The notes under the pieces were generated by a model. It searched no databases. It was not told the origin of the DNA and was given only the letters and a program-made list of their open reading frames with translations. Made by a program: the position numbers and the translations under genes. A stretch of 64,000 bases of DNA from Antedon mediterranea (Eukaryota > Animalia > Echinodermata), in assembly GCF_964355755.1 (NCBI RefSeq), contig NC_092673.1, positions 620,001 through 684,000 of the forward strand, written 5' to 3'. This document shows, in pieces, positions 55,201 to 64,000 of the stretch; within the stretch, counting starts at the first letter, position 1; every line of letters begins with the position of its first letter.

Positions 55201-58200
55201 ATTAATGGCAAATTAAATCTATGTCATAAGGTGTCCACTTTATTTATATTTGCATAGTTCAGCAATACCCTAACAAACACCACATAATGTATGGCTACCT
55301 TTTTAGTTGCATATTAAATATAATTTGTTTAAATTATTATTGTGAATGCTTTATTCAGGATACGAAGAAATTTGGCGGACAAAACAGGATTAGCGAGAAA
55401 TGCAGGTTAAAGCAATGTATTGGATTGTCTTTGGTAAGTTCTGTACTTAATTAAGGAATTTATTTACTTCTTATCTAAAGACCATTTTCCTATAATTTGT
55501 GACAATTTGTAAAAATAATAAATATATATAATACTTTAAAAACATTAAACCAAGTCATTCCTTGTCTTAAATAAACGTTTTATGGTAAATTATGATAGAA
55601 AGCTACATATATAGCTAGATAGATCACTTTGTGGTCCGAAACATATAACTTTAGACCAAATTCATATTCATTTTTGTTGACATTTATCACATTTTTAGAG
55701 GTGTTTAACAATCCATATTTTATTAATATTGACAATGTTTATATAATATATCAAATAAATTGCTAAAAAAAAACTAATTTTATTTTCAATTATTACTTCG
55801 AAAACTTTGTTTCGTGCAACAAATGGCGTAACTTGTTTACATCGTTCGCATGACTAAAAAATGATGACTTTCGACAATGTTTAGAAAATGTTTGCTTTAT
55901 TGCATCTTTAGCCCTAGTAGTACTACCCCATAGTGTCTGTCTCTGAAAATAAAGTTTGGGGAAAAAAGCTTATTTTATGCTTATAAAACGCATATCAAAG
56001 CCGATGAATTTATGTGTGCCGAATCGTCCCGGGGCTAAAAACTTCATTTTTGTACAATAGGCAAGAGTTTATAATTTGTGATTTGTAATTTTAAAACATG
56101 ATTAAATTTAATTTACATGTTTTTTGATGCAAGTAGTTTTAAAAATTTCTTTTAAAATTCACCTGTTTGTTTTTGGCGTTGCTGTTCTATTGTTAGTCAA
56201 CTGAAAATATTGTTAGTTGAAAGGGTGGTTACAAAACCATTACACCAAATTTGCATACACATGGTTGTAGTGAAATTAGCCTAATCACACACAGCATTGA
56301 GACACAAAAATATATATGTATTTTGTTTCTCATGAAGGAGAATTTTACAGTAGGCGGAGGTATTGATGATAAAAGAAGAGAATAAAATTGTGTAAATTGC
56401 GTAAACGTAAGGACAGTGAAACATCGTCAAAACAGGGTGATGCTCACAGAGACCACAAGTACATGATACCAAGGGTAAGAACCAATTTTGTCACTATATT
56501 TTTAATATTATCACATATTTCCATTTAAAAGGTTTGTGTATTTCATGTAATGTTTAATGTGGGACTGTTATTTGTTAAAATACACAATGTAATACGTAGT
56601 ATTTGTGTTGTGAAAACATTTTCATGTAATTCTTAGAAAATGTATCATGTTTAAATATTCTGTTGTTAATGTTAGGAACTATGCCTTCCCCTGAAGTATA
56701 TTTGTCCAGTTCCCAGAATGAAGATATACACCTTTTCACCTGTGTGCTTTTGTCCTCTACAAATAAGATTCTGGTGGCTGATGGACCACATGGATTAATG
56801 CCATAACATATATGTAAGTAGGCCTGGTTACGTAAGTAGTAGGCCAGGTTGCGTACGTAAGTAGGCCAGGTTGCGTAAGTAGCAGGCCAGATTGCTTACG
56901 TAAGTAGTAGGCCAGGTTGCGTACTTAAGTAGTAGGTCAGGTTATGCAAGTAGCAGGCCAGGTTGCGTGCGTAAGTAGCAGGCCAGATTGCGTGCGTAAG
57001 TAGCAGGCCAGGTTGCGTAAGTAAGTGGCAGGCCAGGTTGCGTGCGTAAGTGGCAGGCCAGGTTGCGTGCGTAAGTGGCAGGCCAGGTTGCGTACGTAAG
57101 TAGCAGGCCAGGTTGCGTGCGTAAGTAGCAGGCCAGGTTGCGTGAGTAAGTGGCAGGCCAGGTTGCGTAAGTAAGTGGCAGGCCAGGTTGCGTAAGTAAG
57201 TGGCAGGCCAGGTTGCGTAAGTAAGTACCAGGCCAGGTTGCGTGCGTAAGTAGCAGGCCAGGTTGCGTGCGTAAGTAGCAGGCCAGGTTGCGTGCGTAAG
57301 TAGCAGGCCAGGTTGCGTGCGTAAGTAGCAGGCCAGGTTGCGTAAGTAAGTAGAAGGCCAGGTTGCGTAAGTAAGTAGTAGGCCAGTTTATGTTTTTTTT
57401 TACCCTTCTTTTCAGTAATCAAAACGTAGATACGGATGCTGTGATGCTTGCTAACGTCAAGACGATTGTGGGGAATGTGACTACTCCTTGGTTAGTAGAT
57501 TGTTTTAGTATACTAGATTAATGGCAAATTAAATCTATGTCATAAGGTGTCCACTTTATTTATATTTGCATAGTTCAGCAATACCCTAACAAACACCACA
57601 TAATGTATGGCTACCTTTTTAGTTGAATATTAAATATAATTTGTTTAAATTATTATTGTGAATGCTTTATTCAGGATACGAAGAAATTTGGCGGACAAAA
57701 CAGGATTAGCGAGAAATGCAGGTTAAAGCAATGTATTGGATTGTCTTTGGTAAGTTCTGTACTTAATTAAGGAATTTATTTACTTCTTATCTAAAGACCA
57801 TTTTCCTATAATTTGTGACAATTTGTAAAAATAATAAATATATATAATACTTTAAAAACATTAAACCAAGTCATTCCTTGTCTTAAATAAACGTTTTATG
57901 GTAAATTATGATAGAAAGCTACATATATAGCTAGATAGATCACTTTGTGGTCCGAAACATATAACTTTAGACCAAATTCATATTCATTTTTGTTGACATT
58001 TATCACATTTTTAGAGGTGTTTAACAATAATTTTATTAATATTGACAATGTTTATATAATATATCAAATAAATTGCTAAAAAAAAACTAATTTTATTTTC
58101 AATTATTACTTCGAAAACTTTGTTTCGTGCAACAAATGGCGTAACTTGTTTACATCGTTCGCATGACTAAAAAATGATGACTTTCGACAATGTTTAGAAA

Positions 58201-61200
58201 ATGTTTGCTTTATTGCATCTTTAGCCCTAGTAGTACTACCCCATAGTGTCTGTCTCTGAAAATAAAGTTTGGGGAAAAAAGCTTATTTTATGCTTATAAA
58301 ACGCATATCAAAGCCGATGAATTTATGTGTGCCGAATCGTCCCGAGGCTAAGAACTTCATTTTTGTACAATAGGCAAGAGTTTATAATTTGTGATTTGTA
58401 ATTTTAAAACATGATTAAATTTAATTTACATGTTTTTTGATGCAAGTAGTTTTAAAAATTTCTTTTAAAATTCACCTGTTTGTTTTTGGCGTTGCTGTTC
58501 TATTGTTAGTCAACTGAAAATATTGTTAGTTGAAAGGGTGGTTACAAAACCATTACACCAAATTTGCATACACATGGTTGTAGTGAAATTAGCCTAATCA
58601 CACACAGCATTGAGACACAAAAATATATATGTATTTTGTTTCTCATGAAGGAGAATTTTACAGTAGGCGGAGGTATTGATGATAAAAGAAGAGAATAAAA
58701 TTGTGTAAATTGCGTAAACGTAAGGACAGTGAAACATCGTCAAAACAGGGTGATGCTCACAGAGACCACAAGTACATGATACCAAGGGTAAGAACCAATT
58801 TTGTCACTATATTTTTAATATTATCACATATTTCCATTTAAAAGGTTTGTGTATTTCATGTAATGTTTAATGTGGGACTGTTATTAGTTAAAATACACAA
58901 TGTAATACGTAGTATTTGTGTTGTGAAAACATTTTCATGTAATTCTTAGAAAGTGTATCATGTTTAAATATTCTGTTGTTAATGTTAGGAACTATGCCTT
59001 CCCCTGAAGTATATTTTTCCAGTTCCCAGAATGAAGATCTACACCTTTTCACCTGTGTGCTTTTGTCCTCTACAAATAAGATTCTGGTGGCTGATGGACC
59101 ACATGGATTAATGCCATAACATATATGTAAGTAGGCCTGGTTACGTAAGTAGTAGGCCAGGTTGCGTACGTAAGTAGGCCAGGTTGCGTAAGTAGCAGGC
59201 CAGATTGCTTATGTAAGTAGTAGGCCAGGTTGCGTACTTAAGTAGTAGGTCAGGTTATGCAAGTAGCAGGCCAGGTTGCGTGCGTAAGTAGCAGGCCAGG
59301 TTGCGTGCGTAAGTAGCAGGCCAGGTTGCGTAAGTAAGTGGCAGGCCAGGTTGCATAAGTAAGTGGCAGGCCAGGTTGCGTGCGTAAGTGGCAGGCCAGG
59401 TTGCGTGCGCAAGTGGCAGGCCAGGTTGCGTGCGCAAGTGGCAGGCCAGGTTGCGTGCGTAAGTGGCAGGCCAGGTTGCGTGCGTAAGTGGCAGGCCAGG
59501 TTGCGTGCGTAAGTGGCAGGCCAGGTTGCGTGCGTAAGTGGCAGGCCAGGTTGCGTAAGTAAGTAGCAGGCCAGGTTGCGTAAGTAAGTAGCAGGCCAGG
59601 TTGCGTGCGTAAGTAGCAGGCCAGGTTGCGTGAGTAAGTAGCAGGCCAGGTTGCGTGAGTAAGTAGCAGGCCAGGTTGCGTGAGTAAGTAGCAGGCCAGG
59701 TTGCGTAAGTAAGTGGCAGGCCAGGTTGCGTAAGTAAGTGGCAGGCCAGGTTGCGTAAGTAAGTGGAAAGCCGGGTTGCGTGCATAAGTAGCAGCCCAGG
59801 TTGCGTGCGTAAGTAGCAGGCCAGGTTGCGTGAGTAAGTGGCAGGGCAGGTTGCGTGCGTAAGTGGCAGGGCAGGTTGCGTGCGTAAGTGGCAGGCCAGG
59901 TTGCGTGCGTAAGTGGCAGGCCACGTTGCGTGTGTAAGTGGCAGGCCAGGTTACGTGCGTAAGTGGCAGGCCAGGTTGCGTGCGTAAGTGGCAGGCCAGG
60001 TTGCGTGCGTAAGTGGCAGGCCAGGTTGCGTAAGTAAGTGGCAGGCCAGGTTGCGTAAGTAAGTAGCAGGCCAGGTTGCGTGCGTAAGTGGCAGGCCAGG
60101 TTGCGTGCGTAAGTGGCAGGCCAGGTTGCGTAAGTAAGTGGCAGGCCAGGTTGCGTGCGTAAGTGGCAGGCCAGGTTGCGTGCGTAAGTGGAAGGCCAGG
60201 CTGCGTGCGTAAGTGGCAGGCCAGGCTGCGTGCGTAAGTGGCAGGCCAGGTTGCGTGCGTAAGTGGCAGGCCAGGTTGCGTGCGTAAGTGGCAGGCCAGG
60301 TTGCGTGCGTAAGTGGCAGGCCAGGTTGTGTAAGTAAGTGGCAGGCCAGGTTGCGTAAGTAAGTAGCAGGCCAGGTTGCGTAAGTAAGTAGCAGGCCAGG
60401 TTGCCTAAGTAAGTAGCAGGCCAGGTTGCGTGCGTAAGTAGCAGGCCAGGTTGCGTGCGTAAGTAGCAGGCCAGGTTGCGTGCGTAAGTAGCAGGCCAGG
60501 TTGCGTAAGTAAGTAGCAGGCCAGGTTGCGTAAGTAAGTAGAAGGCCAGTTTATGTTTTTTTTTTACCCTTCTTTTCAGTAATCAAAACGTAGATACGGA
60601 TGCTGTGATGCTTGCTAACGTCAAGACGATTGTGGGGAATGTGACTACTCTTTGGTTAGTAGATTGTTTTAGTATACTAGATTAATGGCAAATTAAATCT
60701 ATGTCATAAGGTGTCCACTTTATTTATATTTGCATAGTTCAGCAATACCCTAACAAACACCACATAATGTATGGCTACCTTTTTAGTTGAATATTAAATA
60801 TAATTTGTTTAAATTATTATTGTGAATGCTTTATTCAGGATACGAAGAAATTTGGCGGACAAAACAGGATTAGCGAGAAATGCAGGTTAAAGCAATGTAT
60901 TGGATTGTCTTTGGTAAGTTCTGTACTTAATTAAGGAATTTATTTACTTCTTATCTAAAGACCATTTTCCTATAATTTGTGACAATTTGTAAAAATAATA
61001 AATATATATAATACTTTAAAAACATTAAACCAAGTCATTCCTTGTCTTAAATAAACGTTTTATGGTAAATTATGATAGAAAGCTACATATATAGCTAGAT
61101 AGATCACTTTGTGGTCCGAAACATATAACTTTAGACCAAATTCATATTCATTTTTGTTGACATTTATCACATTTTTAGAGGTGTTTAACAATCCATATTT

Positions 61201-64000
61201 TATTAATATTGACAATGTTTATATAATATATCAAATAAATTGCTAAAAAAAAACTAATTTTATTTTCAATTATTACTTCGAAAACTTTGTTTCGTGCAAC
61301 AAATGGCGTAACTTGTTTACATCGTTCGCATGACTAAAAAATGATGACTTTCGACAATGTTTAGAAAATGTTTGCTTTATTGCATCTTTAGCCCTAGTAG
61401 TACTACCCCATAGTGTCTGTCTCTGAAAATAAAGTTTGGGGAAAAAAGCTTATTTTATGCTTATAAAACGCATATCAAAGCCGATGAATTTATGTGTGCC
61501 GAATCGTCCCGGGGCTAAAAACTTCATTTTTGTACAATAGGCAAGAGTTTATAATTTGTGATTTGTAATTTTAAAACATGATTAAATTTAATTTACATGT
61601 TTTTTGATGCAAGTAGTTTTAAAAATTTCTTTTAAAATTCACCTGTTTGTTTTTGGCGTTGCTGTTCTATTGTTAGTCAACTGAAAATATTGTTAGTTGA
61701 AAGGCTGGTTACAAAACCATTACACCAAATTTGCATACACATGGTTGTAGTGAAATTAGCCTAATCACACACAGCATTGAGACACAAAAATATATATGTA
61801 TTTTGTTTCTCATGAAGGAGAATTTTACAGTAGGCGGAGGTATTGATGATAAAAGAAGAGAATAAAATTGTGTAAATTGCGTAAACGTAAGGACAGTGAA
61901 ACATCGTCAAAACAGGGTGATGCTCACAGAGACCACAAGTACATGATACCAAGGGTAAGAACCAATTTTGTCACTATATTTTTAATATTATCACATATTT
62001 CCATTTAAAAGGTTTGTGTATTTCATGTAATGTTTAATGTGGGACTGTTATTAGTTAAAATACACAATGTAATACGTAGTATTTGTGTTGTGAAAACATT
62101 TTCATGTAATTCTTAGAAAATGTATCATGTTTAAATATTCTGTTGTTAATGTTAGGAACTATGCCTTCCCCTGAAGTATATTTGTCCAGTTCCCAGAATG
62201 AAGATATACACCTTTTCACCTGTGTGCTTTTGTCCTCTACAAATAAGATTCTGGTGGCTGATGGACCACATGGATTAATGCCATAACATATATGTAAGTA
62301 CGACTGGTTACGTAAGTAGTAGGCCAGGTTGCGTACGTAAGTAGGCCAGGTTGCGTAAGTAGCAGGCCAGATTGCTTACGTAAGTAGTAGGCCAGGTTGC
62401 GTACTTAAGTAGTAGGTCAGGTTGCGTGCGTAAGTAGCAGGCCAGGTTGCGTAAGTAAGTAGCAGGCCAGGTTGTGTGCGTAAGTGGCAGGCCAGGTTGC
62501 GTGCGTAAGTGGCAGGCCAGGTTGCGTGCGTAAGTGGCAGGCCAGGTTGCGTGCGTAAGTGGCAGGCCAGGTTGCGTAAGTAAGTGGCAGGCCAGGTTGC
62601 GTGCGTAAGTAGCAAGCCAGGTTGCGTGCGTAAGTAGCAGGCCAGGTTGCGTGCGTAAGTGGCAGGCCAGGTTGCGTGCGCAAGTGGCAGGCCAGGTTGC
62701 GTGCGTAAGTGGCAGGCCAGGTTGCGTGCGTAAGTGGCAGGCCAGGTTGCGTGCGTAAGTGGCAGGCCAGGTTGCGTAAGTAAGTGGAAAGCCAGGTTGC
62801 GTGCGTAAGTAGCAGGCCAGGTTGCGTGCGTAAGTAGCAGGCCAGGTTGCGTGCGTAAGTAGCAGGCCAGGTTGCGTGCGTAAGTAGCAGGCCAGGTTGC
62901 GTGAGTAAGTAGCAGGCCAGGTTGCGTAAGTAAGTGGCAGGCCAGGTTGCGTAAGTAAGTGGCAGGCCAGGTTGCGTAAGTAAGTGGAAAGCCAGGTTGC
63001 GTGCATAAGTAGCAGGCCAGGTTGCGTGCGTAAGTAGCAGGCCAGGTTGCGTGAGTAAGTGGCAGGGCAGGTTGCGTGCGTAAGTGGCAGGGCAGGTTGC
63101 GTGCGTAAGTGGCAGGGCAGGTTGCGTGCGTAAGTGGCAGGCCAGGTTGCGTGCGTAAGTGGCAGGCCAGGTTACGTGCGTAAGTGGCAGGCCAGGTTGC
63201 GTGCGTAAGTGGCAGGCCAGGTTGCGTGCGTAAGTGGCAGGCCAGGTTGCGTGCGTAAGTGGCAGGCCAGGTTGCGTAAGTAAGTAGCAGGCCAGGTTGC
63301 GTGCGTAAGTGGCAGGCCAGGTTGCGTGCGTAAGTGGCAGGCCAGGTTGCTTAAGTAAGTGGCAGGCCAGGTTGCGTAAGTAAGTGGCAGGCCAGGTTGC
63401 GTGCGTAAGTGGCAGGCCAGGTTGCGTGCGTAAGTGGCAGGCCAGGTTGCGTGCGTAAGTGGCAGGCCAGGTTGCGTGCGTAAGTGGCAGGCCAGGTTGC
63501 GTGCGTAAGTGGCAGGCCAGGTTGCGTGCGTAAGTGGCAGGCCAGGTTGCGTGCGTAAGTGGCAGGCCAGGTTGCGTGCGTAAGTGGCAGGCCAGGTTGC
63601 GTAAGTAAGTAGCAGGCCAGGTTGCGTAAGTAAGTAGCAGGCCAGGTTGCCTAAGTAAGTAGCAGGCCAGGTTGCCTAAGTAAGTAGCAGGCCAGGTTGC
63701 GTGCGTAAGTAGCAGGCCAGGTTGCGTGCGTAAGTAGCAGGCCAGGTTGCGTGCGTAAGTAGCAGGCCAGGTTGCGTGCGTAAGTAGCAGGCCAGGTTGC
63801 GTAAGTAAGTAGAAGGCCAGGTTGCGTAAGTAAGTAGTAGGCCAGTTTATGTTTTTTTTTACCCTTCTTTTCAGTAATCAAAACGTAGATACGGATGCTG
63901 TGATGCTTGCTAACGTCAAGACGATTGTGGGGAATGTGACTACTCCTTGGTTAGTAGATTGTTTTAGTATACTAGATTAATGGCAAATTAAATCTATGTC

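Larger units (their letters stand above)
31717..63845. repeat. 25-bp VNTR (AGGCCAGGTTGCGTGCGTAAGT[A/G]GC) in 10 blocks
   Basis: Blocks at ~31717-32389, 35576-37340, 39076-39584, 41313-43992, 45735-48343, 50089-50661, 52390-55068, 56814-57386, 59127-60549 and 62294-63845. Confidence 0.98.
31217..64000. repeat. Composite macrosatellite: ~1.74-kb core alternating with variable 25-bp VNTR blocks; continues past the window end
   Basis: Near-identical cores, marked by the same 63-aa antisense ORF at 35043, 38543, 40783, 45205, 49556, 51860, 56281, 58594 and 61761, plus partial cores at both ends. Confidence 0.98.

Noticed and set aside
31717-63845. CRISPR-like repeat/spacer array
   Set aside because: The context is eukaryotic. 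The repeats are directly tandem, the intervening cores are near-identical rather than unique spacers, and there are no cas genes.
35658-63881. Long minus-strand ORFs (LTHATWPATYARNLACHLRTQPG...)
   Set aside because: They are a consequence of a 25-bp unit lacking stops on that strand. All three frames give the same rotating peptide and indels are frequent.

Overview
AT-rich, intron-rich eukaryotic DNA from an invertebrate animal (possibly an echinoderm; this is inference only). The first ~31 kb is gene-dense. It holds the 3' part of TCERG1 (+, FF domains), a complete SAXO1/2-like ciliary gene (-), a complete DNA polymerase nu (POLN, -) arranged head-to-head with a MAP9/ASAP-like gene (+), and the 3' part of a PARP14-like RRM/KH/macro gene (-) whose macro domain has an internal deletion plus a frameshift. 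Introns carry several MITE-like elements (a piggyBac-type TTAA element, a multi-copy palindromic family) and minisatellites. From ~31.2 kb to the window end is a composite macrosatellite: a ~1.74 kb AT-rich core alternates with 0.5-2.7 kb blocks of a GC/CpG-rich 25-bp VNTR (10 blocks). Read as spliced exons, each core encodes an inactivated CFP1/CXXC1-type CXXC zinc finger plus downstream exon remnants. The array is therefore an amplified fragment of a CpG-reader gene interleaved with CpG-rich, GTAAGT-rich repeats. The first full core also carries an IS3EU-like foldback insertion. Long ORFs in the repeats are artefacts.
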